Assembly: GCA_051294905.1 (NCBI GenBank)
Contig: CM119382.1
Location: 12,958,001-13,022,000, forward strand
Direction: 5' to 3'
DNA: 64,000 nt
From: Botryllus schlosseri
Lineage: Eukaryota
Shown: positions 1 to 12,400 of the stretch, in pieces
Layout of the letters: the number at the start of each line of letters is the position of its first letter
How positions within the stretch are numbered: the first letter of the stretch is position 1
Translations under genes and position numbers: made by a program
The notes under the pieces: model-generated
Told to the model about the DNA's origin: nothing
What the model saw: only the letters and a program-made list of their open reading frames with translations
Database searches by the model: none

Positions 1-175
1 ATTCCGATTTTGTGCAGTGCATCTTCTTTCTCGTATCTAGAATCGGTTTGTTATACATCTAATCAAAATCTACATCAAAGTAACTGCCAGTGCCAAGTGA
101 TCATTCAAGACCTTGTTGCCTATCAAATCTAGTAAAGATAAACCAAGGATAAACAAGCAGAAATCGATAACTTAC

Positions 176-256
176 ATGCTGGAAAATATGCTTGGATAGT
201 TTCATACCAAGGAATTCTCTCTCGTTGATTTCAGTAGACTGTAACGCTGCCAGTAG
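176..256 (-). CDS. Unidentified gene, second coding exon (gene continues past the window start)
   Basis: Follows a 67-nt intron; LLAALQSTEINEREFLGMKLSKHIFQH; CAATAG acceptor, GTAAGT donor; only this frame is open. Confidence 0.75.
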
Positions 257-323
257 CTATTGGTATCGAAAATATACATCAATTTAAGCGTTATTTTACC
301 ACATATCATTAATTATGCCAGAC

Positions 324-464
324 CTGATGCCCGGTTACTGGTGGAGGCGGTATGTAATCTGGAATCGCTTCTTCTGGAAATTCAAATTTTTTGCGCGTCT
401 TTTCTTTCCCTGCGGAGTCTCCTCTCGAAGCTCCTTTAGATTTAGATTTTTTCTTCTTCGGCAT
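324..464 (-). CDS. Unidentified gene, first coding exon
   Basis: MPKKKKSKSKGASRGDSAGKEKTRKKFEFPEEAIPDYIPPPPVTGHQ; in-frame TAA upstream of the ATG; CAG/GTCTGG donor. This frame is not in the ORF track. Confidence 0.75.
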
Positions 465-2126
465 AATAAATATGTGTTACTTGATCCTACTGACAATGAT
501 GGGATACAAATTTTGGACACTGTTAATTATTAAGTCTTAGCTTGCTAAAACGTAGATGTCGCAAATGTTTTAGGATCGTCAAACACATTTCTAGTTTCCC
601 TGGACATGTGGGAAAACTTAATATAGATACGTGATATATATTGCATATATAGATATATACGTAGTCCATGCTAATTCGTCATGAATGTTGCAAGGAAGTG
701 AAGATTATTGTGCTGCTGATTCATCAAATGTACGCTTTTATCATTGAGTGTGCAATATGCATCGTGCAATATGCTCTATTTTAGGCTGACACACCGTGGC
801 AAATTGATGGGTCTCGGGAATAAAGATATTACGTACCATTTATATGCTAATTGAAACCTTTCTATAATACCGATTGGCTCCAATATTGTATGGTACATGT
901 CGCCATTACATTATTCGTCCACCTTTATAATAGGTGAGAGTCGTGAGACTCTTATATCTTTGCATCAATGTTTTAGTCACGAAATGTCCAAAGTTGCCCA
1001 GATCATCAAAGTAACCCTCTTTACGATATATTAAGCATTCATTTTTTGTTGTCTAGATTCAGATCTATCAGACTACATACCTCTGATGGGTGAAATCTAC
1101 CAGTATTAGTACAGATTAAAAGTTTGAGCTCAAACCTCAATCAGAATCAGATGGTTCGTTACCGTTCGATATACAATCTTGCTTCGAGATCAATCGATTT
1201 ATAACCACACTCTGGTCCTTCTGATTTGGTAGAATAGTTAGCTTTCTGTACATATCCAACAAAACTCACTACAGACTCTATCACTTCGCTGTTTCTCCCA
1301 TCTTCATTCGATAGAATACCGACCTCGGTTGGCGTCTTTTGTTGCCTGAGTGACGTTTATGTGCAATCGAGCGTGGTACAAATATATTGTAAACCACCAA
1401 AATATGTAGTAGAGCAGCATTCAATGCCGCTTTTTCAACAATTGTCCAGGAATCACCAATTAGATGGTCAAAATCCTCCTTTGTCTATGTTTATTGCGCA
1501 ATATCTGACCTAATGCGAGGGATTATTAGAACATTATAGTATCATACAACGTTGTAAATTGCCTTGTATGAAAGTACCTTGTATGATATTGGACTAGGTT
1601 TTCAAATGGCCTTCTTTGCGACAATTTTTTGCCCCTTGAAAATTCGTGATTTCATTGATATCGTAACCCACTGAGCTATATCGTAACCTCGGGTATGAAA
1701 ATATCTGTGAAATTATCAACATATCCATCGACTTTCCGCTAGATGTCTTCCGTGGTCCGTCATTCAACACTGCACGATTCAGGGGCCGGAGTAGGAGCAG
1801 GATTTCTTCGAATTTTAACACAGCCGGACTAGATCCCGATTTTGAATTTACTTTGAATGTCGAAATTGATTCAGATTCGAGTATTCGAATCATTGTGCCC
1901 AGCCCTAGTAGCAAGATACGATTCCCAAAAAAGTTGTGATAGGCCTACATTAGCTTGCCCAATTAAAATCGTAAATATCATTACCTTTCAAGATATCAAA
2001 TTTGTAGTGTAAATGGTGTGGTATAGTCTGTACAGCCGGAATGTGATTGACTCGCGGAACGGATGGCACGCGAATGATTGCGGACCGGAAAAGTGCTGAT
2101 AGGAAGGAGGTATAGGTAGATAGATA

Positions 2127-2469
2127 CAGGGCCGTAATAACACTTCCTCAGCCCCCCCCCCCAAAAAAAACGTTGGTCTCAGGCCTCCCATAGGGTGATA
2201 AACCGAACTTGGTGGTGCTGTAGTGACCAATGCCGATGTGCCATTTCTGTAAATCTTGCGTAATTTTTCTTGGGGGAAGAGTACCCAATAATCAAGATAT
2301 TTGACAACTTGAAATCGCGTGTAGCGCGAAAAAATTTGGAAAAAGTTGCATAAATTTTCCCAAAAAAATCTATAATTTATGCTAATACACGAAGTAATTT
2401 TGTGCCCCCTTCGAGCTCGCCCCCCCCCCCCCAATTGGGGGTGTTTGGGGTGCGGCAGTTACGGCCCTG
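2127..2469. mobile_element. MITE with CAGGGCCGTAA TIRs
   Basis: 11-bp perfect TIR; TSD 6/8; an inverted homologous copy starts at 47222. Confidence 0.85.
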
Positions 2470-3695
2470 GGTATATAGGTAGGTTAGGGATAGGGAGAGA
2501 GGTAGGGAGGTATAGGTGGAGATTAACTGGGTATAGGAATATGAAACTGTATATATTCGGATGACTTAACCCTAACCTTTTTTGTTTTGAATATAGAACA
2601 TCAGGCCGTAGTTTTAACATTTGTAGAATTTTATTTATACTTGTAACTTTTTTGACAGGTTAATGAAAGAAAGATAGGCTATCACTGTAATTCGAGGTAA
2701 ACAGAACCGAAGTTTTCTTTTGTGGATGAGAACAAGTGTTGAAGGATATTACGCGAAAATACGCGACTATGGACTATTCATGCCCAATAATAATATACGT
2801 AGTACATTGACTACATTCGTGTGCTGTTCAGTCTTTCTAATAATTGACAGCAATCATACAAATTCAAGACACGCAGCCCTGAATTCGACGATTTTACATT
2901 AGTCATCGGGGAATGGGAGTAGCTCAACAGCTGTGTTCTTGCTTTGGTGATACATAAAGCACATAAAAGTGACCCACTTCACGCCTGATCTGGCTTTTTA
3001 AATATTTAAATTATCGCCCCTGACGTCCCAACTTTCAACAGTTGATGTGATATATGATGAATGAAACGTTACGGTTTAAGATTTCTGCTCTAGTACTAAA
3101 TGTCTTCTGAGATTCCGATAAATAACCTTCAAAAAGGATTAGTCTGCCACTGTCGAATGTGACTAGTCACATTCAATACTGCTAGAGATTATAGAAAACA
3201 AGGAATTCTGACAAATTTCACATTGAAATTCCAATGTAAGCGTCAAGCTTACAAATGTAGACATTCGGAATAGTTAGGTGCATAATTTGATAGAGATATA
3301 CTATTCAATGCTGTGTGATAGTGGACGCAATTCCACTCGGGGCCGTAACTGCCACACTACCATACCCCCAATCGGCAAGCTAGACGGGACCCAAATGATC
3401 TCGTTAATTCAACTTGAAGTCTTTGAATACTTGAAGACCACGAATACGCAATGTCCATATAAATGAGTCCAAATGTAATGCTATATCGCTTCGATTGATA
3501 ATATGATGCAGGCAACGGTTCGAGTCTACCTGAATTCAAATCGAGTATTAATTGTCACGAGTCGTGTAGCGAGAAACGATCTTTTCCAATACCTAAGATA
3601 TATCCTTTTTACAACCATAAAAGTTATGTTATCGACGAAATTATGGTTTCGACATTTTCTTCCCACTGTATAAGCCTTGAAATATCGATTGATTG

Positions 3696-3838
3696 TTGGA
3701 GTTAGCGTAGTGGTCACGATAAGCGCCTGTTATCGGGGAGGCCCGGGTTGGTTTCAGCGGTAGAGGTTTATTTGGGCTCCTCTGTTCTTACGACGACAAA
3801 AAAGCCCCCTGAAAGACCCGACTAATGAACTCACTCAC
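3696..3838 (+). mobile_element. tRNA-Asp-like SINE (degenerate head, not a functional tRNA)
   Basis: GTTAGCGTAGTGGTCACGATAAGCGCCTGTTATCGGGGAGGCCCGGGTT resembles eukaryotic tRNA-Asp(GTC); B box decayed; followed by the shared core GAGGTTTATTTGGGCTCCTC and a (TCAC)n end. Confidence 0.6.
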
Positions 3839-4808
3839 AAGGAATGGAAAGAGCAAGAAAGAACCGAGGAATAGATATTGACACCAAAAAAGAACGGTTA
3901 CATCGGGCATCAGGTCGATGTGGATGCCAGTTTAAGAGACCGCAAGTTCCGAAACTGGCCGTTCAGTATTCTCCAATTTGTTCATTACAACGCACTGCGT
4001 CTTATCGCATTTTACATTGTGTGTGTTTTGATTGGATGAAAATATAATCTGACGATTATTGATTATTGATAATGCTACTTCGGCCCCGATTCCACTACAC
4101 AAACTAAATTAACCCATATAGCCAAGTATTGCAAATATCCTATACAATACACAGGTCACGATGTGCATTGGCCATGCCTATAGAGGCCATGACACAGGCC
4201 AATGTGAGGACTGTCCATTGACTATTTCAGCACCTATATGTATATTGTCAACTGTAAAATATCCACAGTCTCCAGCATTGGTTAAACTAGAAATTTAGGT
4301 CCCAACAATGCAGAGCTTGTGCTATAGCATGGTTAAGCTAATAATAATATAATATCGTTGGGTTATATTTTTCATCGGAACAAGTCACACACAATGTACA
4401 ATGCGATAAGACACAATGCGATGTCATGAACAGATAGGAGGATGTCGAACGACACGCATCAGTAGCGTTCCTTTACTCTAACATCCACCTCGGCTATAAA
4501 TCGATTGACAGCATAGATAAGTTACCTGTGGACCTGCGAGGATTTGTTGTAGGTATGATTTCGCATCGGCTATCCACATTTCAAATGACAAAAGAACAAA
4601 AAATCGCTTTGGTGGGAGTTTATTCTCTCCATAAAGAATTCATGCTATAAAACTAGAAAAATATAAAAGAAAACTATTTAAAATGTTCTTGGAAACGAGC
4701 AGTTTGATTCAGCACAGCGGAAAAATAAGTAATAAAAAGATAAATAACTATATGATTGCATGGAACAGACAGGACAGTATTGTTATTTATGAATTATTCA
4801 ATGTACGC

Positions 4809-6447
4809 TCAACAAGTATTTATTTTCTTGGGTACGTTCGCTGAATTCGAGCAGTGATAAGAATGTTGATATTCGGCCATCTCAGAATATTCGGCGGTTG
4901 CGCTGTAGTCGATGTAGCGATATTGCTGCTTTGTCTTTGCTTCATCTTCGTCGGCATATTTTTTCTGAGGCCCATAATCTTCCACTGCGCAAAGCTTCTG
5001 ATTCCTATGCTCGCTCGTAGGTTTTTCTCCAACAGATCCCTTGCTACCACTATCGGTAGTATAATTTTTAGCTATAACTTGAACCGATGGATTTTGACCA
5101 TGGACACGCGACTGCTCGTTGTTAACGTAAATATTGATCTCGTTTGTAATCGTGCAGGATCCATTATGTGATATTACTTGCTGGCTAGAGTTATTTGAGG
5201 TCTTTTCTCTACGCTTACTAGCAGTTTCTGAACTGCGTTTTTCAATATGTCGTTTTGCGTGGTCATGGTCTGTTGCGACGGTCGGTGAAATTCTACCGGA
5301 GCGTGACTTAGCACAAGAACCAAGGTCGTGGTCATTTTCAGCTCGCTCTCTTCCTTTGGTGGCATCGCCGAGATGTGTTTTAGTGGAAGGAATGTGGAAC
5401 CCACCTTTCTCTGCATAGGTCTTTACTCCCCGATGTTCTCTACCTGTTATTGGTGATGATTGACCAAATTTGCATGACCCGGTTATAGGTCTATAATAAG
5501 AACTAGGCAGGGGAGGAGGCACCTTATCATCTTGCAACCTATCGCATGAAAAATCGTGTAAGTAACTTTCATTATAAGTTTTACCGTTGCATTCATTCAT
5601 ATAATACATGGGCTGAGACCTGAAACCCGCCCATTGGGAATAGTAATGCGGGTAGGAGTTGAAAGAACGTAATGAGGGATCATAGTAGCTGTGTTGCCAC
5701 GGGTCACCGGCTGAAATCATTTGAGGATCTGTGGAAGGCCGGGGCCACTGTTCCCCTGATTCTTGCCATATCTGAGAATGGTGATGGTAAAATCTGTCAT
5801 GCGGATAGTAAGGATGGTAGGGAAGGGGTAATTTCTCGTGATTAGGTCTGCCGTGAGTGCCTTGATATCCCGCATACTTTCCTATGGGACTTAATCCGTC
5901 TAATCGTCTTGTCAGTGCGTAATTCGAATGGAAATTATCGTTGAAATGACCACTAAACTTTTCATGGTCTATGTTCTCCGATGGTACACAGTAGTTTCTA
6001 CTACTTTTATTCCATGACGAACTTGAGTGAGAGTATTTCCTTTCTTCATCACTTGAGGTAGATGTAGAACCACAACCTAGCTTTTTGGATTCCAAACGCG
6101 AAGCTGGAGCGTATGAGTCAACATGATCTGAACTTGTGGACCATGAGCTGGATGAGTTGCCTCTTTCAAAGTTAAGATTTGAACTTGCGGCAGTATGATC
6201 GCCAGACGTTGATTTCTTCATCCTTCGTTTCTCCGCAGCCTTTTCGCCCTTGTGATTTCTTCTTGTCGTCTTCCCTTTCTCGTCGGGCGTGGCGCGCTGG
6301 ACTTTACGCTTTCTGTCACCGCAGGACCGAGTGTTGTAGGAATACATCGATTCGCTGGCAAGAGAGGACTTTCCTGGACCGATAAATCTCAAACCACCAG
6401 AAGGTTGAATTTGTTGCTCCGATTGGACGTCCGTCGAATGATCGTGG
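4809..6447 (-). CDS. Sim: Sim terminal exon, basic NLS-like patch plus Ser/His/Tyr/Pro-rich C-terminus
   Basis: Contains the 527-aa ORF. Phase-2 acceptor ATGACAG at 6448-6449 matches the phase of the PAC exon, and an in-frame TAA lies just upstream. The exact 5' boundary is less certain than the ORF. Confidence 0.82.
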
Positions 6448-9400
6448 CTGTCATGTAAAGTTATTATTTACGATAGATAGGCTATACATTGAAAAACACC
6501 TCTCCGTTTCAATGTAACGTTGAATACATATTGAACATTGAGTATACATATATATTGTAACCATAACTAGAACGTAAGTGGATCGTGCCAAACGTTCTCA
6601 TATCATGAATCATAAAAGAGATTATAGCCCTCGCGTAAATTGACCAATGGAATCGAAACTTTATGAACACTAAAACAACAAGAACAACAAAACAATAACA
6701 ACCACCACGATTTCTAAGTGTTATTGAACGGAAATGAAAACCTGCAGTTAAACCTTCAACCTCCGACAAAATGGCATATATGTATGACAAATATTTTGTG
6801 CAATTAGTTTCATCCGTGACCACCATTGATATATATATATATTCCTTTAGTATATAGAGAATATAAAGAGATAAAGCTTGGATAAAGAATGCACATAGGA
6901 ACGAAAGAATGTACTGCAACCGACATGCTTCTCGACATCAATATGTTCGTCTGATCTGGTATGTTACCAGCCAAGATTTGACCGAACAAGTTTGTTTGAA
7001 TTTCTCCAGTGTATCCGAATTTTGTAAATTCTTTCTTTGAATTAATAGACATAGAAGGTAACGCTCAAAGTGAACCATGCATGGCGCGGCAGAATGGAGT
7101 GACTATAGCAATATGATTTGAACTCGGACCCCGAGCGGGCTTCCCCGCTGTGTAATTTTCATGGTTTCTATATAAAATGACCGTCGTAATTTACTATTGT
7201 AGCTCTGTTGTTACTTGAGGGCCTTGTAGAGGGTTTCTAAGAGAAAAATATTCAACTTTGGAATTAAATACCAATATTTTTCCGTCAGTATTGAATATTA
7301 TCCTTCGCTAATTTTATCAACTCACCTTAAAACGTGATTAACACTGACGATGCAATGAGGCCTGGAAGATCGACTGTTATGAACAATAGTGATTTTACTC
7401 TGAACCCAAGCTACTCCGCCACTACGCGTCAGTATCCGGTAATATCTCGTCTCCACTTGTCCCTTTACAAGCACTGAAATTACGACGCAAGAAAATATTA
7501 AACGATAGTCTTCACTTTTGCATATATTGATGGCAACTGTCTCATTTAGGCTATACTCGTAAAAATGTTAAAGGCCGCTTTAAAATGTGACTCACCACTA
7601 AATCTGACAACGAAACACTAAGTTTTCATCACAATTCGTATCATATACAAGTCTTAGATTGGAATGTTCAATTGCGCCAATTGGCTGGGGAAATTTGCAG
7701 CTATACCTACATTTTTGATGAGCTTCCCGCAAGTCCGCCATATCCAATGCATGCACGTATTGGTAAAGAGTTTTTTCCACCATCTCTTGCGGCTCGTACC
7801 CAAGCAGTTGTGAAACACTGTTTGACGAATGAATGCTTCATTTTAATGCGACATTACATTATGGGGGTTACGTTATGACAATAACTTGTGTTTCTACGTA
7901 TAATTTCCACAGATAAAGGTAGTGTATATATCTATAAGATTGATGGGGAAATGGAGATACTTTTGACTAATTTGGCAGTTTTTTACGTTCGAGTTTTTGT
8001 CAGATTATACTATTAGGGAATAATGAAATTTGAGCTGTCATAGGAAATTAGCGTTAGCGATTTCTACTGTTCTATCGTCAACATATTTTCTTTCCTGAGT
8101 GGCTTATCAGAGCCAACCCAGTCCGCCATTTTGAAGGCCGCTGCTGTCCTAAAGTGAACAATCGGTTGTAAAATCAGTATAAAATTTGTTCAAGCCGCAA
8201 TCGATCTAACGGGGCGATCTTAACCAAACAATTCGCGGCATTCAAGAATAATTTTGGTACACAATCTAATATTCCGTGGGATTAGTTCAAATAAATGTTG
8301 TGTAAATGTTAAAACTTAGCACTGGAAACCGCGGTTTTATCCTAACATGTGTTGAAATATGACTTTTAGTTTGGGTGCAGATTTATGCTACTCCAAACTG
8401 AACGTGACTAAAATGCCGTTTTCAAATTCAGATACACGTCTGTTCTCCTGGTTTAGATTATAGCATTGTACACGACTTGTCTAATAGATAAAGTCAACTT
8501 GGAAAATCGAAGTGTAACTTGATTGAATTGGGAATATGTGATCTGTATTCATAGCAAGGTTTACTCGCGTGTCAGGGCACACCTTCAGACGATGAATCTA
8601 TGTTGCCGCGGATGACGATTTTGGATGAAGGAATGCCCTTTTGAAAACCGGATTTGGCGAAATTATTTGTTTGACTGGTACACCGTACACATTGACCGTA
8701 TTATAGAGTCTGAAACAAAAGAGTTGTATACGTCAGTTTACCTACTTTATAGAGTATCAAATTATCTTAATATTCCTAACTCAACCGACTCCGACGCTAT
8801 TTGTATGGACCGGGGTTGCCTGTACATATATATGTAGGCCGTATAGGGTTGCATTTAAAACAAAAATCAATTTAAAACAAGCATGTTTAAAACAAGCCCC
8901 TTGTTTAAAACATGTCTTTTATTGTTTTTTGAAATCATGACGTCACGGGTATTCAGTTGTGACGTCATAGTAGATTTACATTGACAATTGAAAATATATT
9001 GTAAATATAGCTCCTTTGACGAAATATCAACGTACTATAGCTATTGAACCGACTATTTTGAGGGTTCCAACCAGCATCCCATATCGTATACGTCGGCTAT
9101 ATCGGGTGGTTGCTGTTGTTTGTGGTATTCATGGTGTTTGTCGACTACTATGGTCATTTACACCAGACCGATATGTTTGATTTTTATTCCGTAACTGCCG
9201 ACTTATAGCACGGCACACTTCTAGGCTTTTTGTAAGACACCGCTTACGCGGATGAGGTGGCGAGGAGGAGCCTAGATAAACCTCCAACACTTAGGTATAG
9301 GAATTCGGAAGTCGACCTCGGTCGGACTCGAACCCGCAACCCATTGGTGTTGCAGCCGCGGATTATATACCACTGCGCTCTCTCGCCACATATCGGGTGG

Positions 9401-12400
9401 TAATTGTCAGTAGGATCACACAACATGTATTTTGGAAAGTATTTACACAATTATGGCATAGTTTTGCAACTTTAAAAAAACACATTTTTTTGAAAATGCC
9501 TTTCTTTAAAACACTGTTCAAAAACATGTTTTAAACAAAGTGTTTTAAACAACCATTTGTTTTAAATGCAACCCAAGATATATGTAGTCGATAAATTGTG
9601 CCAGATAGTGTCACACATCTTGGTTCCATTTCTTTCATATAATCATCACTCAATACTCATATAAATTGGCTCAGGTTAATACACGAGTCTTTTTCGCTTT
9701 ACACAGACTTGATCCTATATTTCAACACAAATATATATTTAATTCAAAATCATAAGCCAACTGGTTGAACTATATTCTAGGAGTAAATTCAAACAGGAGA
9801 CATGTAGTCCCGATTGTAAAAGTGTCGCCGGTAAACAGAGATCACATCGCGCATAGAATATCTTGCGTAAGTTTATTTGTCGTTGCCTTAATAAAAGTTA
9901 ATAACGTATAATTTCGCAACCAACATAAAGTCAAGGCGCCATAACAGTACTAGCAGGAGCCGTTATGCCGATTCATGCCATATATCTGAGATGACTGTCT
10001 AGATGATTTCGAAACGCTTCCGAACAGCTATAGCTGCTCGACTTCTGCATGAAAAAGTCAACGCAGTGTTGCCAGGGCTGTGGAGTCGGAGTTTGTGAAA
10101 ATGACCCTGACTCCGACTCCAACTTCTTTTTTATGAAAACAATTGCTTTCAAAGGTGTTTTTAAATTACTAATAATAACTAAAATAGGATTTTTCTGCGC
10201 CATCAATCACTGTTATGAACGACATAGATCAGGGCGGCCAACCCGTGGCCCACAAGAAGATTTTGTGTCGCCCGCGAGGCAATTCTAGAAATCATTTATT
10301 ACATCAGATAAAATTTCAAGGTCAACTAAAATTTGATCAGCCCGACCGCGAAATTTGATGACTAAAACATCAGTTCCGACGCATTGGCGTAACCAGGCGC
10401 CAGTCACATTTATCTCAGATCTTCATATATGACCATAAAGTAGAATATTTCGTAGCAGATTTATTTGACTTGGAATTTTTCTTAGCACTTCGCATGATTT
10501 ATTGTCACTCGATTTCTTGCATTTAGTATTGGAGCCCCCTCCTGAAAATTATAAATACGCGTAATTTACAGAATTGAGTCTAACTATATTCGCAATTAGG
10601 AGATAATGTGTCGTCAAACATGCGACTTCGCTTGTGCGCTCGCAGCGAGATCGTTGGCGATGAAACCTTTGCACAAAATGACAGAGGCATGTTCACCGAA
10701 ACCTTCGACATTGCTATGTCTAAACTACTCCCGTCCTTGCCAAATGAGCCCAGTGGTATACAGAGGCGACCCCCAATAGATGCAAGTAACATATTTATTT
10801 ATTGATTGAATTTATCCATGACCTTTGAAAACATTTCGCGCTTGGCGCGACCAGGACATGAATACACACTACACAGTTGCACACGGAGTTATCGTGGCAT
10901 ATCTGTTATCAATTTTAAAGCGTAGTAATATAAGTCTTGTTTTCAATGTTACCTAATTCGGTTCACTCCTACCAGACGACTACAAAAAGGTCATCAACAT
11001 TCAAGTGGCCCACGCAATGGTTCGTAAATATCATGTGACCCTTTGACCGAAAAGCTTGGTCACCCCTCTGATATAGTTAAATTGGACATTATTTGCAAAT
11101 TACAATTCAGTTGCATGGAGGAAGAAAATCGAAATATGCATCTTCGCGATCCAGTCACAAATTGATGTAATTTTTATATTTATACCATGATACAGTGACA
11201 GAGTAAATACATCGTCTTGGTTTGTAAAATAGCAAATTTGATGTAAATATAACCAAACGCTGCTTCCCACTTGACAAAATTAAAAATATTTGAAATGTAA
11301 ATCAGCTGCTTGGGTCGAACAAATGATTAAGAACAACTGCATGTCATAGTCCTTGAATACTGGAGTAAGTGCATGTAGACTAGACAAAAGCTATTTCACT
11401 CCGTCCTAAATTTCGTTTCTGAACAATGTTTATTAGTAGTGAGAGTGTGTGTGCTTGTAATCAGTATAGTGTTAAATGAGAAAATTAGTAAGTTACATCA
11501 CTGTATTAGTTGCTGACTCATACACAAGAGCTATACACTTCGATTGTTTTATCTACATTTTAATTATACGGGATTGAATATATGACAGGTTTGAAGGATT
11601 CATACATCTCATGATATTAGAGAGTCGCCATCTTATAAAAACTTAAAATATGAAAAAGGAAGGTTATTTAGAAAGGCATGCTTTCATGTTAATTGCATAG
11701 TGAATAATTCGAGCTATGCCACAATGAAACAATTTTGCATGTCATCGTTAATCATATGTTTGCATATGCTTAATGCTTATCAAAGGTCGTCAGTAACGAA
11801 GTACTTCGACTTTTCCGAAGTACTCAAGTAGTTTTTCACTACTTGTACTTACTCGAGTTAATCTCATACTTCGTAATATTTTGTGATCTACTTATAACTA
11901 CTCTTCTTTTCAGTTTCTCAAGTAGAAGTTGTATAATCCCCTAATTCGAAAGAGAGACTGAGGAATTTTGGGGCTGTTTTCATGTAGTACCAACATTTAA
12001 TTTTCATAAAAGTTAAGTAAGCCCAGAATTTTATCGCGCTTCGCGCAAAGTAGATATGGCGTGATAAGTAGGTTTTCACGAACGTATTGTTGAATAGGCT
12101 ATAACTTAGGTAGCGGTAGCGTGCCTCCATTTACTCACATCGCATTGTCGCCCATATGAAATAGTTCATCACAGTAGATATGGCCCATCATATGGTTTGA
12201 AACTAGTAGTTTCGCAATCTAGCATTTACCTATCATATCGTAATCTAGCAGCCCAGCATGGCGTGTCCTAATCTGGAAAAGCGGTATCTGACTTTTTGAG
12301 CGTGATACCTGTTTTAGCAGACCATTGTTGAATCTATCTGGACAATATACATGTAACACATTATCCGCTTTTCGAAAGTAGTGTTTGTATTTCTCTTTTA

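Noticed and set aside
7190-7240. Strong acceptor (TTTTTCTCTTAG) after the PAC exon, reading [14 protein letters not shown]
   Set aside because: Runs into TAG unless a weak donor is used; not needed for the gene model, though a minor isoform is not excluded
9320-9389. tRNA gene
   Set aside because: No complete cloverleaf or Pol III T-run terminator; it is the head of a SINE with a TSD. The same applies to 3696-3768 and 41706-41780.
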